From: an uncultured Nitrososphaerota archaeon
GTDB lineage: Archaea; Thermoproteota; Nitrososphaeria; Nitrososphaerales; Gagatemarchaeaceae
DNA length: 64,000 bases
Assembly: GCA_963718895.1 (NCBI GenBank)
Contig: CAVRAG010000007.1
Location: 96,001 to 160,000 of the forward strand
Direction of reading: 5' to 3'
Shown: in pieces, positions 29,407 through 38,583 of the stretch
Layout of the letters: every line of letters begins with the position of its first letter
Numbering within the stretch: the first letter of the stretch is position 1
Notes under the pieces: model-generated
Databases searched by the model: none
What the model was told of the DNA's origin: nothing
The model's input: the letters and a program-made list of their open reading frames with translations, nothing else
Made by a program: the position numbers and the translations under genes

Positions 29407-30327
29407 TCAGAGCTGAGGGAGCGAGCCTATCCCTTCTCTGATCGTCTCGACGCCCTTCATGAACTGTGCCTTCTCCCCTTCGTCGAGAACCAGCTCGTAG
29501 ACCTCCTCCACGCCCTTCGCTCCCAGCATCAGAGGAACGCCGATGCAAAGACCACCCACGCCGTACTTTCCGTCGAGGAAGGAAGAAGCAGGCAGCACCT
29601 CGTGCCTGTCGAGGCGACCGCCTTCACCATCCTGGCGATCGCGTTTCCGGGGGCGTCGACTGTCGCGCCCTTCTTGGAGATCACGTCGATGGCGGCCTGT
29701 CGGGTGCTCCGGATCGTCTCCTCGATCTCCTCTCGTCCGTCGAGGATCGACGTGAGGGGGACGCCGCCGATCGAGGTGTACCTCGCCAGCGGGACCATGT
29801 TCTCGCCGTGCTCCCCTATGACGAGCGCCATGATCGACGACCGGGAGACGCCCAGCTTGAGCGAGAGGACGTGCTTGAACCTCGAGAGGTCCAGGACTCC
29901 ACCCATGCCGACGACCCGGTTGACCGGGAACCCCGTCGTCTTCTGGACGACGTAGTTCATCACGTCCATCGGGTTGGTGACGGTTATGGCCACGCGCGTC
30001 CGGGGCGTGCTTCGCGACCTCCTTCGCCACGGACGCGACTATCCCGGCGTTCTTGCCAAGCAGGTCCATCCTCGTCATCCCGGGCTTCCGGGCGAGGCCG
30101 GCTGTGATGACCACGACGTCCGCGCCCGCGCATGCTCGAGAAGTCGGTGGAGCCCCGTGACCGTAGACGTCGACCCCCGCCTCCGAGAGTTTGTGGCAGA
30201 TGTCCAGCGCCTCGCCCTCGGCGAGGCCGGGGACGATGTCCACCAGTACGAGGTCGTCAATGCCCATGGAGGCGACCTCGAGCGCGGCCTGGGCGCCCAC
30301 CCGTCCGGCTCCTAGGAAACCGATCAA
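29407..30327 (-). CDS. mdh: LDH-like malate dehydrogenase (multiple frameshifts)
   Basis: GAGRVG, ITAGLARKPGMTRMDL..N, VTNPMD, LDLSRF, GEHGE spread over several frames. Confidence 0.88.
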   Translation of the reverse strand: MIGFLGAGRVGAQAALEVASMGIDDLVLVDIVPGLAEGEALDICHKLSEAGVDVYGHGAPPTSRACAGADVVVITAGLARKPGMTRMDLLGKNAGIVASVAKEVAKHAPDARGHNRHQPDGRDELRRPEDDGVPGQPGRRHGWSPGPLEVQARPLAQAGRLPVVDHGARHRGARREHGPAGEVHLDRRRPPHVDPRRTRGDRGDDPEHPTGRHRRDLQEGRDSRRPRKRDRQDGEGGRLDRHEVLPASSFLDGKYGVGGLCIGVPLMLGAKGVEEVYELVLDEGEKAQFMKGVETIREGIGSLPQL

Positions 30328-30405
30328 GCTTATCGGGGCGGGGGAGGTCTGTCTGGGGATAAAAGCGAGACTGGAAGAGGTCGGATCGGTAAGGTCCTGC
30401 CGGGC

Positions 30406-30696
30406 TCAGAGCCGGAGACCGAACGACTGCGCGAAGTCCTCGAACTGGATGTAGGCATGGAGGAAGCTTATGCCCTTGTCGCTGATATCTTGTACTTTGC
30501 GTTCTTCTCCAGCGTCATTCTTCGAGCAGGAGCCCGCGCCCACGAGGTCCACTATGAGCTTGGTCATCCTGTTGTAGGAGACGTTACCCTTCCTCAGCAG
30601 GGTCGTGATCCCGACGCCCTCACCTGCGGTGTTCATGTCCCTGGCGGTCACCAGGATGTCCGCGATTATCTTCGTCTGCGTTCTATACTGGGGCAT
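30406..30696 (-). CDS. Winged-helix domain protein
   Basis: YRT...IIADIL...TTLLRKGNVSY, I.DKG..FL..Y..F. Confidence 0.75.
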   Translation of the reverse strand: MPQYRTQTKIIADILVTARDMNTAGEGVGITTLLRKGNVSYNRMTKLIVDLVGAGSCSKNDAGEERKVQDISDKGISFLHAYIQFEDFAQSFGLRL

Positions 30697-31321
30697 TCCA
30701 CCCACTCTTCTTATTGAAAGTAACTTCAGGACCGGAACGAATAGCGTAACAAGTCCAACTTCCTTCATAAAACTGCACTATGTTAACATGAGCCCGTCTG
30801 GGCTCACGAGCGAGACCCACCAGCCTCCGGCTATGCACGGCGAGGCCGCAGGCGATCAGAAGCGTGTTGGGATTCCTGTTCTTTGAGTAGGCGAAGAGCG
30901 TCTCGACGACCCCGTAGAGGATGAAGTAGAAGGAGAGGCTCGTGAGGACCACGACGAGGCTGGTCTGGTTTATCGCCATGAGCGGGAAGAGCGCGAGCAT
31001 AGCTCCCATCCTCTTGTCGAAGAAGACGTCGAGCATGTGCGAGAATGCGAGGAAGAAGTACCCGGCGGTCTCCAGGAAGAGGCCGGCTATCAGGAGGGTG
31101 GCGAGCGAGACCTCAAGGCCTGGGATCACGTAGAGGGAATTGAACTGGTAGAGCCCTTCGAGGAGGAAGCCGGCCCCCAGGAAGACGAACGCGGCAGCGA
31201 GCCGGAGCAGCGACGAACTGTTTGTCTGCCGCACCCCCTTGTAGGCGACGAGCGCAATGGAAAAGGCTACAAAGGCCCCTATGAACTGAAGGACATTCTC
31301 CATCAGTAGTAGACCTTGCAT
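30683..31321 (-). CDS. Multi-TM membrane protein upstream of wHTH (frameshift near 3' end)
   Basis: Six or more hydrophobic helices; overlaps the wHTH start. Confidence 0.65.
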   Translation of the reverse strand: MQGLLLMENVLQFIGAFVAFSIALVAYKGVRQTNSSSLLRLAAAFVFLGAGFLLEGLYQFNSLYVIPGLEVSLATLLIAGLFLETAGYFFLAFSHMLDVFFDKRMGAMLALFPLMAINQTSLVVVLTSLSFYFILYGVVETLFAYSKNRNPNTLLIACGLAVHSRRLVGLAREPRRAHVNIVQFYEGSWTCYAIRSGPEVTFNKKSGWNAPV

Positions 31322-31577
31322 CGCCGGCTCGCAGGAGTGCGCGCCCGGCTCTTCTATAAAAGTCTGATGTAGACTTCCTCCACATCCCGCAGGGGTGGGA
31401 GGCCCGGGTCCGCTCTTCTAGGGACAGAACGGCGTCGGGACGTGCAACCGGACTGACTCCCTATGCCGAATCGTCTGGAGAGGCGACCCTTGAAGGTTTG
31501 GAAGACCGAAAGTGCATAAACGTTAAATATATCTGACCGACCTCGCCGGCCGATTAGTCCTTTTCGGTGCAATTGCG

Positions 31578-32521
31578 ATGTCATCTGAACGAGACTTCTC
31601 GAGACTGATGAGGTTGCAGAGGGCGTTGGACAAGTGCCCGAGGTGCGGGAAAGGCCCGATGGTGGTGGACAACGCAACGGCGGCGAGCTCGTCTGCAGCA
31701 ACTGCGGGTTCGTGGTCAAGGAGAAGATCGAGGAGACAGGGCCGGAATGGAGGGCGTTCTCGAAGGAGGAGAAGGACGACAGGTCCAGGGGCGGCATCCC
31801 CGACCTCGATAGCGATGCACGACATGGGGCTGGCCACGGTCATAGGCGGGGTCAACAAGGACGCCTCTGGCAAGTCGCTCTCGGCCTCGATGAAGGCGAC
31901 GGTGGAGAGGCTCAGGACGTGGGACAGCCGGAGCCAGGTCCACGAGCCGATGGACAGGAACCTGAGGCAGGCCTTCAGCGAGCTCGACAGGCTCTCGGAC
32001 AAGCTGTCCGTCTCGGACGCCGTGGTCGAGAAGGCCGCTTACATCTACAGGAAGGCCCTGGAGCGCGGGCTGGTGCAGGGGAAGGTCGATCTCCGCGATA
32101 ATCGCCGCCTCACTCTACGCCGCCTGCAGGGACAGGGAGACGCCGAGGACCCTCAAGGACCTTGCTGTGGTCTCCAACGTCAAGAAGAAGGACATCGCCA
32201 GGTGCTACAGGCTGCTCCTCAAGGAGATGGACATCAAGATGCCCGTGGTCGACCCGACCAAGTGCGTCTCAAGGATAGCGTCCAGGGCGCAGCCTCTCCG
32301 AGAGGACGAAGAGGAGGGCGCTGGAGATACTCAAGAAGGCCGAGGAGGCGCGGATCTCGGCCGGGAAGGACCCGATGGGGCTCGCGGCCGCGGCGCTCTA
32401 CGTGTCGTGCACCCTCGAGGGCGAGGACAAGACCCAGAGGGACGTCGCCGAGGCTGCCGGAGTGACCGAGGTCACAATCCGGAACAGGTACAAGGGGCTC
32501 AGGTCGGCCCTCGGAATATGA
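31578..32521 (+). CDS. tfb: Transcription initiation factor IIB (frameshifted)
   Basis: CPRCG...CSNCG ribbon, GPEWRAF, HDMGLAT, cyclin repeats, GKDPMGLAAAALY, VTEVTIRNRY across frames. Confidence 0.92.
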
Positions 32522-32536
32522 GAACTGCCGGGTGCA

Positions 32537-32588
32537 AATCTCTAAAGTGAGTTAGAGATTACACAGAAATTTCACCGCAATATATAAG
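32537..32588 (+). promoter_or_regulatory. Inverted-repeat operator and TATA box of the tandem Lrp-type gene
   Basis: AATCTCTAA-N6-TTAGAGATT (32537-32560), then TATATAAG at 32581. Confidence 0.6.
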
Positions 32589-32622
32589 TAACGAGTCCGC
32601 GGGGCCAACGCCAACGACCTCA

Positions 32623-33825
32623 ATGTCTCTAGAGAGAGCCGGCGGGAACAGGGAAGAAGAAAGTTCGAACATCAAGACGGGTCAGCTGGCAAAGCTGATC
32701 ACCGAGGTAGGGCCGAACATCTCGGAGATTGCGAGACGGCTCGGTCAGTACAAGGAGTCCGTCCGCTACAGGTACAAGGAGAAGTTGCTCAACAAAGGTT
32801 TCGCGGTCCGGGTCGCCGTCGACCACGAGAAACTCGGGCTGCGCCGGGTCATCATGCTCATGGACTTCGCCGACGGGTACAGGGACGTCGCGGAGTTGAT
32901 GCTTACAATAATGAGCTATGAAGGCTATCTGGTCGCCTTCGAGAAGGTCCTGCCTGACGGGAGGTTCCTCGTGCACGCGTCCGTGCCTGACGAGCAGGTC
33001 GAGGCCTACCGGGAGTTCTTCAGCGGCTTGAGAGAGAAGGGCTACTTCAGGTCGTTCGAGTTCCACACGTTCCACTGGTTCAGGAACTCTCCGATGAAGA
33101 CGGAGATGTACAACTTCGACGAAGGACTCTGGGACTTCGACTGGTCCACTGAGGTGAAGGTTGACAGGCAGGTTGCGTCCTACATGCCTTCGGCGAGAGA
33201 GAAGTTCGACGCCACCGACCTGCAGATCCTCAAGCAGCTCCAGATGGACGGCAACAGGAGCCTCTCCGAGATGGCCGAGAAGCTCAAAATCAACTACAAG
33301 ACGCTCACCTGGCACTTCAGGAAGCACATCGAGGAGAGGAAGCTCATCAAGGGGTACTTGATCAACTGGATGGGGACGAAGTACGACTACAAGGCAGACA
33401 GGGCGCTAAACAAGAAGCACACCTATCTCGCGGTCTCCGTCCTATTCTCAGACCTGGATCAGGCGAAGAGGATTGACGTCATGTCCCGCCTCAACCAGCT
33501 CCCCTTCATCTGGTCCGAGGCCGTCGGAGACAGGTACGAGGCAGAGCTCATCTTCCCGATCGAGTCGATCACAGAGGGGCTCCAGCTCCTGGCCGAGGTC
33601 ATCTCCGAGACCAAGACCAGCGCACGTTACTTCATCATCGACCAGCGCCACGCCCTTTCGTTCAGCATCATCCCCGAGCTCTACAACGAGTCCAAGCAGA
33701 CCTGGGAGTTCAACGACCAGCTTCTCATGCGGCGGTTCGAGAACCTGCTCCAGAGGGCAAAGGGGATAGAGCAAGAAAGCCTATCGCTGCGAAAGACGAA
33801 ACCTGGCCAGCAGATCGGCAGGTAG
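32623..33825 (+). CDS. Tandem Lrp/AsnC-like regulator (two wHTH plus effector-like modules)
   Basis: GPNISEIARRLG...SVRYRY and DATDLQILKQLQMDGNRSLSEMAEKL HTH motifs, each followed by a beta/alpha domain. Confidence 0.75.
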   Translation: MSLERAGGNREEESSNIKTGQLAKLITEVGPNISEIARRLGQYKESVRYRYKEKLLNKGFAVRVAVDHEKLGLRRVIMLMDFADGYRDVAELMLTIMSYEGYLVAFEKVLPDGRFLVHASVPDEQVEAYREFFSGLREKGYFRSFEFHTFHWFRNSPMKTEMYNFDEGLWDFDWSTEVKVDRQVASYMPSAREKFDATDLQILKQLQMDGNRSLSEMAEKLKINYKTLTWHFRKHIEERKLIKGYLINWMGTKYDYKADRALNKKHTYLAVSVLFSDLDQAKRIDVMSRLNQLPFIWSEAVGDRYEAELIFPIESITEGLQLLAEVISETKTSARYFIIDQRHALSFSIIPELYNESKQTWEFNDQLLMRRFENLLQRAKGIEQESLSLRKTKPGQQIGR

Positions 33826-34004
33826 CCGACCCTGCTGCACGGGTCGTCCCGTGATCCCAGAATCCGCCGAAGGCGCATCGATGCGCGTAAGGGGCTTGTT
33901 CCTGGAAGAGGAGAGGGCCGATTGATAGGTAGAGCAGGAACTCTTTTGGTCGTCCGGCTGCTTCAGCGAGTCCCCTAACCCGCCGCAGAACGCCCGCGGG
34001 ACAT

Positions 34005-34020
34005 GGAAAGAAAAGGCGCC
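34005..34020 (-). terminator. T-rich terminator candidate after the repeat-peptide gene
   Basis: Minus strand GGCGCCTTTTCTTTCC about 40 nt after the stop codon. Confidence 0.4.
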
Positions 34021-34053
34021 CCCAGGGCAAGGAGCGCTAGTAGCTCAGTTTGT

Positions 34054-34242
34054 TCAGTTGCTCGGCCCGAATCCGCCGATGGGGTCCAGGGTTACATAGC
34101 TCGGTCCGAACCCGCCTATTGGATCGCAGCTAGGACCGAATCCGCCTATTGGGTCGAGAGTCAGATAGCTCGGCCCGAATCCGCCGATGGGGTCGCAGCT
34201 AGGTCCGAAACCTCCGATTGGGTCTTCTGATTGAGTGCTCAT
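34054..34242 (-). CDS. 62-aa repeat peptide with 5x DPIGGFGPS (candidate multi-core precursor)
   Basis: Five 27-nt copies identical in amino acids but differing at third codon positions; ATG and TGA close to the repeats; upstream TATA-like box. Confidence 0.85.
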   Translation of the reverse strand: MSTQSEDPIGGFGPSCDPIGGFGPSYLTLDPIGGFGPSCDPIGGFGPSYVTLDPIGGFGPSN

Positions 34243-34266
34243 GCAATATGGCTAGCATGGCACGGA

Positions 34267-34294
34267 GTTAAGCTTAGTGATTTCTTAGTATCAC
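34267..34294 (-). promoter_or_regulatory. TATA-like box and GTGAT-N8-ATCAC inverted repeat upstream of the peptide gene
   Basis: CTTAAC (34267-34272, minus strand) about 25 nt before ATG; inverted repeat 34277-34294 just upstream, over the BRE position. Confidence 0.5.
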
Positions 34295-34327
34295 AGTGCA
34301 ATAGTTCATGCGGATTCCAAGATTAGG

Positions 34328-34855
34328 TCAGCCTTCCTTGACCCGGTTCTTCTTCATCTTCCTCAGCTCCTCCTCGGTGAAGAGCGTCCCGAAGTGCGTC
34401 GCGAGGATCTTGACATAGGTCTCGGTCTCCCTCTCGTTCATGTACTGGAACATGTAGTTCCCCCGGTAGGGTGAGGGTTCGCCGTCCCTCGAGATGAACT
34501 CGATGTGGATCAGCGGGTCTCCGTGCCTCACGGTTATCGGCGACCTCTCGTTGTTGAGGTTGACGAGCTCGAGGGCCAGCCTCCCCACGAAGCCGCTGTG
34601 GACCTTCACCGAGTTCAAGAAGGATAGCCCCATCCGCCCGAATCGGCTCTTGGCGGTAAGGTGAGCCACGTAGTTGGGCGGCGTGAAGATGACCTCCTTG
34701 GAGACCATGTTCCTGTGTTCCAGATAGTTCAGCGTCCTGTCCTCCCTGACCGTGAGTACGTAGCCGTCGCCGTCGAAGCCCTCGGGCGAGGTCGGGGAGA
34801 TTACCCTGTACTTCTCGACGAGCTCAGTCAGGATTGATTTGCCGATTACTGTCAT
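34328..34855 (-). CDS. dcd: dCTP deaminase/trimeric dUTPase family
   Basis: AKSRFGRMGL, VHSGFVGRLALELVN, PYRGNY..Q. Confidence 0.8.
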   Translation of the reverse strand: MTVIGKSILTELVEKYRVISPTSPEGFDGDGYVLTVREDRTLNYLEHRNMVSKEVIFTPPNYVAHLTAKSRFGRMGLSFLNSVKVHSGFVGRLALELVNLNNERSPITVRHGDPLIHIEFISRDGEPSPYRGNYMFQYMNERETETYVKILATHFGTLFTEEELRKMKKNRVKEG

Positions 34856-35885
34856 CCGCAGTCACCCCTCCCCGCGTGTTAATAACTCGCTTGAGGAGGC
34901 GGCTGGCGAAGTAGACCAGGCCCGGCAGCCCCAGCAGGAAGACGATGTCTATCGTAGGCACGAAGCTGTAGACGCTGTTGGAAGTCCAGGAGATCCCGTA
35001 TGCGGCCTGCCCATAGAACGCGAAGGCGTTGGCTGCGTAGTCGACGGCCCAGTGGAAGATGATGCTCGCGTGGAGCCCGTATCTGACGTAGAGATAGGCG
35101 AGCGCGACCCCGTCCAGGGCCGCCTCGCTGACCTTTCCGATGTCCCACCCGGCGCCGGAGAGGAAGTGGGCCAGTCCGAAGAGAATCGAGCTCAGGACGA
35201 TAAGGAAGTAGACGAGCACCCTCAGGGTGGGGGCAGAGTAGACCTCGGGCCCTCCGCCGGAGACGCCCTCCCACGCCGAGGAGGGCCGCCAGAGCGCCTT
35301 CAGCATTCGCGTCACGCTCGACCTCGTGAGGAGCATGACGAAGACGAGGGGTACGCCTATCAGGAAGAACCGGAATCCGACCTCCTCGATAAGTGGGGCG
35401 AGGGTGAAGCTCACGAGGAGCCCGTAGGGATCTCCGGAGAGGCCCCCAGAGGGGACGCCGGCGGACGTCTGGAAGAGATCAAGGATTATCGTCGCGAGGA
35501 GCGTCGCGCCAAGGATCATTATCGTCGCCGAGAGCGGGTTTCGCAGAAGGGCGCCCATTCCCTCCCTGGACGCGTCCTTCAGGGCGCGGACGAACCCCCC
35601 TCCCTGCACCGAGGCGAGAGCAAGGAAGAAGGCGAAGAGGACCGTCAGGGAGGCGAAGAGGATCCCGAAAGTGGGGCTGATGGGGAGGGAGATCGCGAAG
35701 AGACCGATGTAGATCGGGACCGAGGCGATCTGGGTCTGATAGGTGTACGGCGGGGTACTCGTCGAGAGGTGGGGCGAGAGGATGGCGTACGTCCCGAACG
35801 GGATGGACAGGACGAAAAGTATCAGCGTGAGCGCCACGATCGCGGCATAGACCAGTCCTGGGACATTGAGCCGGGGCCGCTCCAA
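34824..35885 (-). CDS. CPBP (CAAX/Abi) intramembrane glutamic protease
   Basis: EEVGFR, FGLAH, HWAVD motifs; multi-TM. Confidence 0.88.
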   Translation of the reverse strand: MERPRLNVPGLVYAAIVALTLILFVLSIPFGTYAILSPHLSTSTPPYTYQTQIASVPIYIGLFAISLPISPTFGILFASLTVLFAFFLALASVQGGGFVRALKDASREGMGALLRNPLSATIMILGATLLATIILDLFQTSAGVPSGGLSGDPYGLLVSFTLAPLIEEVGFRFFLIGVPLVFVMLLTRSSVTRMLKALWRPSSAWEGVSGGGPEVYSAPTLRVLVYFLIVLSSILFGLAHFLSGAGWDIGKVSEAALDGVALAYLYVRYGLHASIIFHWAVDYAANAFAFYGQAAYGISWTSNSVYSFVPTIDIVFLLGLPGLVYFASRLLKRVINTRGGVTADDSNRQINPD

Positions 35886-35891
35886 GGAGAG

Positions 35892-36117
35892 TCAGTCCGC
35901 CCGCTTCTTCTCTTCCTTCGGGTCCTTCTGCGCCTCCTCGAGGTAGGCGATGCCCGTGTACCCGCACTTGGGGCACAGGTAGTTCTGCGGGATCGAGCCA
36001 GCCCCCGAGCTCGCCCATCTTCTGAAGCGGGGTGAGGCAGACCGGGCACAGATGCGGGGTCGTCGAGAAGACCTTGCGCCTCACAAGTCTCGGCGTGCCG
36101 ATCTCTGCGTCCTCCAA
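35892..36117 (-). CDS. Small Zn-ribbon protein (frameshifted)
   Basis: CPVC...GGWL then YLCPKCGYTG in shifted frame. Confidence 0.65.
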
Positions 36118-36174
36118 AGGTGTTACCGACCCTCAGCCAAACTCGGAGGCTTTAACGCTTTTCGCGCCGCCCGT

Positions 36175-37644
36175 TCAGGATACCAGGACGGGCACGTAGA
36201 CCGACCTTGAGGTCAGCCCGTCGGAGACCGTCATCAGGAGGAGGTACTGGCCGACGGCCGTCGATGCGGCGACCCGGACGCTGACGCTGACCCCGACCGC
36301 CCGTGGAGGGACGCGATCGAGGTGACGTTCGAGACGAATGAGAGCTTATCCGGGACGGAGCTGATGGACTCCGAGTCCGAGAAGGTGACGTTCAGGGGCC
36401 TGGTCGAGGTCCCCGTGATCTTGAGCTGGAACTGCGCGGAGGAGCCCGCCGCTATCGGCGTGACCGTGCCGTTGGCGGTCGAGGAGACCGAGAAGGAAGG
36501 CACGACCGAGTCGTTGACGAACCCGACCTGGTTCGCGGTCCATGCGGTGAACCAGACGAGGTTTCTGTCGAGCGCGATCGTGAGCGCGTTCCCTATGCCC
36601 ACCTCGTCTATGGGGACGGGGGACATCGCGTACTCCGTCAGTGACGTCTCGTTGGTCGATCTGGGCCACCCTGTTCGCGTCATGCTCGTTGAACCAGACC
36701 GAACTCCCGTTGGCCAAGAGGTAGTAGGGCAGGGTCAGCGGGAGCTTCGGGTCCGTCGAAGTGGGGTAGAACGTCCAGTTGTCGGCATTGGTGTCGTAGG
36801 AGGCGACGTAGGAAGCCTCGTGCTCTCCCACCCAGATCGACCCCTGGGAGACGGCAACGCTGTATGGTCCAAGGAGCGTCTGGTTGCCCCCCACCTGCTG
36901 GAAGGCCATCGCAGCGGCAAGCGGGTCGAACGAGAAGATCTGGCCATGGTTGTCCTGCGGGTTCACCGTGACGACGTAGGCAAGGGTGGCGTCGTGGAAG
37001 AGCATGGAAGCGGTGTACTCACCCGTGGCCGCGGGGACCGAGTGGTAGACCGGCGGGGCGGTCGCGTTGCGTATCATGCCGACCTGTCCGGGAGGCGAGG
37101 TCTCGGTGAACCAGAGGTTGTCCTCGGGATCGATGGCCAGGAAACGAGGGACGACGCTGGGTCCCAGAGGGACCACGGTGAACGACCCCGTCGTCTGGTT
37201 CATGCCGACCAGCTGGTTGTTGGCAGGGTCCGAGGCCCAGACCAGACCGTTCCAGAGGACGACCCCCCAGATCTCCGAGCGGTCGAAGCAGAGGGAGTCC
37301 GGCGTGGAGTTGGGAAAGGGCCACGGGTACTCGACCAGCGTCCCGTTGAGAGGGAAGAGGTGAGCCAGCCCGGGGACCGCGACTTCACCGAACCAGACGG
37401 AGCCGTCCGGCGCCGCTGTTATCGAGTTGGGACTCCTCAGAGGCGAGGGGAGGCTGAAGGTCGTGACGCTCCCGAACTGCGACCTCGTCAGCTGCACCCG
37501 CTGCACCGAGGTGAGGTTCGCGCAAGCGGCCTGCCCCGAAGAACTGCTCGTGCCCGTCCGTTCCTGGACAAGGACGTAGGAGCCCGCGGCTATCGCCCCG
37601 GCGAGCAGGAGGACGACGATGACCGAGACGTACCTGGCTCGCAC
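36175..37644 (-). CDS. Secreted Vgb/NHL-repeat beta-propeller protein (frameshifted)
   Basis: Signal/TM segment; P..I...PDG.VWF.E repeats; C-terminal Ig-like domain in shifted frames. Confidence 0.78.
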
Positions 37645-37688
37645 GGCTTCATCGCGCCCCCGGAGGACGTTTTACGGGTTTCGCGGAA

Positions 37689-38324
37689 TCACGCGACGAC
37701 GTTGATCGTGCCATCCATCCAGATCGGGTGCCACTCGCAGAAGTAGGTGTACCTGCCGGGGGTCGTAAAGGTCATGCAGTTCGCCAGCACGCCGGTGGTG
37801 ACGCAGGTGTTGCCCGTGCCGGGCAGGCTGTAGAACTGGAACGGCTGGCCGCTCGTCGGCCATGCGGTCGACTCCAGGATGTGCTCCTGGTCGTCGTGGT
37901 TGGTGAAGAAGACCGTGTTGTTCACCCCGATGACTATGGTGATGTTGATCGGCTCGAACGAGACCTTGTTGGCGAGGTTCTCGATGCCCGGCGGGATTAT
38001 CACCTGCACCTCACTCTTGTTGGCGGAGGCCGAGCTCGTGCGGCTGATGCCTGAGCTGGTAGAGCTGGCTGAGCCGGAAGCTGACGAGGTGGTTGGGGAG
38101 ACGGTCGAAGCTGAACTCGAGGAGGAAGTGGCCGCAGACGACCCCGTCGAGCTCGTGGCTTGGGACGTGGCGATGGAAGACGTCGAGGACGCCGTAGTCC
38201 GGCCGCCCGTGCCCTGGGAGAAGGCGAGGTAAGAGCCGACACCCGCAAGGGCCACGATGACGAACACGAGGATGACCGCGACGCTGGAGGTTACGGCCCT
38301 CCTCTCGCTCGTGTGCTGTCTCAT
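37689..38324 (-). CDS. Membrane-anchored cupredoxin (blue copper protein)
   Basis: N-terminal TM, Ser/Thr linker, H...YFCEWHPIWM type-1 Cu ligands. Confidence 0.88.
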   Translation of the reverse strand: MRQHTSERRAVTSSVAVILVFVIVALAGVGSYLAFSQGTGGRTTASSTSSIATSQATSSTGSSAATSSSSSASTVSPTTSSASGSASSTSSGISRTSSASANKSEVQVIIPPGIENLANKVSFEPINITIVIGVNNTVFFTNHDDQEHILESTAWPTSGQPFQFYSLPGTGNTCVTTGVLANCMTFTTPGRYTYFCEWHPIWMDGTINVVA

Positions 38325-38416
38325 TCTGTTCAGAAAAATGTGCGCCATTTGCGATTTAAGGATTCTTCACTTTGGTCGCCAAACTCTATAAGGATAGTGG
38401 CTCAACTGGGGAACCG

Positions 38417-38536
38417 TTGCCAGAGCAGACCTGCTACTGCGGGGCCAAGATGGTCGAGCTCCAGACCTGCAAATACAGATGCCCGATCGATGGCTCGATA
38501 TGGGACTGCGAGGACGTCCTGGGCCTTCCCAAGTAG
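38417..38536 (+). CDS. 39-aa Cys-rich zinc-finger microprotein
   Basis: Manual translation (TTG start): MPEQTCYCGAKMVELQTCKYRCPIDGSIWDCEDVLGLPK; CTATAAG about 25 nt upstream. Confidence 0.65.
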   Translation: MPEQTCYCGAKMVELQTCKYRCPIDGSIWDCEDVLGLPK

Positions 38537-38583
38537 GATGGAGTTCGTTTATAACCCGAAAAGGAGGACGCCGTACCAGTATC

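Noticed and set aside
34060-34224. CRISPR array or DNA-level tandem repeat
   Set aside because: Linkers are only 3 or 12 nt, variation is confined to third codon positions, and no cas genes are present; better explained as a coding repeat
34003-34230. Plus-strand ORF with ARPESADGV-like repeats
   Set aside because: The same substitutions change amino acids in this frame (ARPESADG vs ARSEPAYW vs ARSETSDW), so it is the antisense shadow
36175-37644. Virginiamycin resistance gene
   Set aside because: Only the generic propeller repeat is shared; the protein is secreted and has an extra domain
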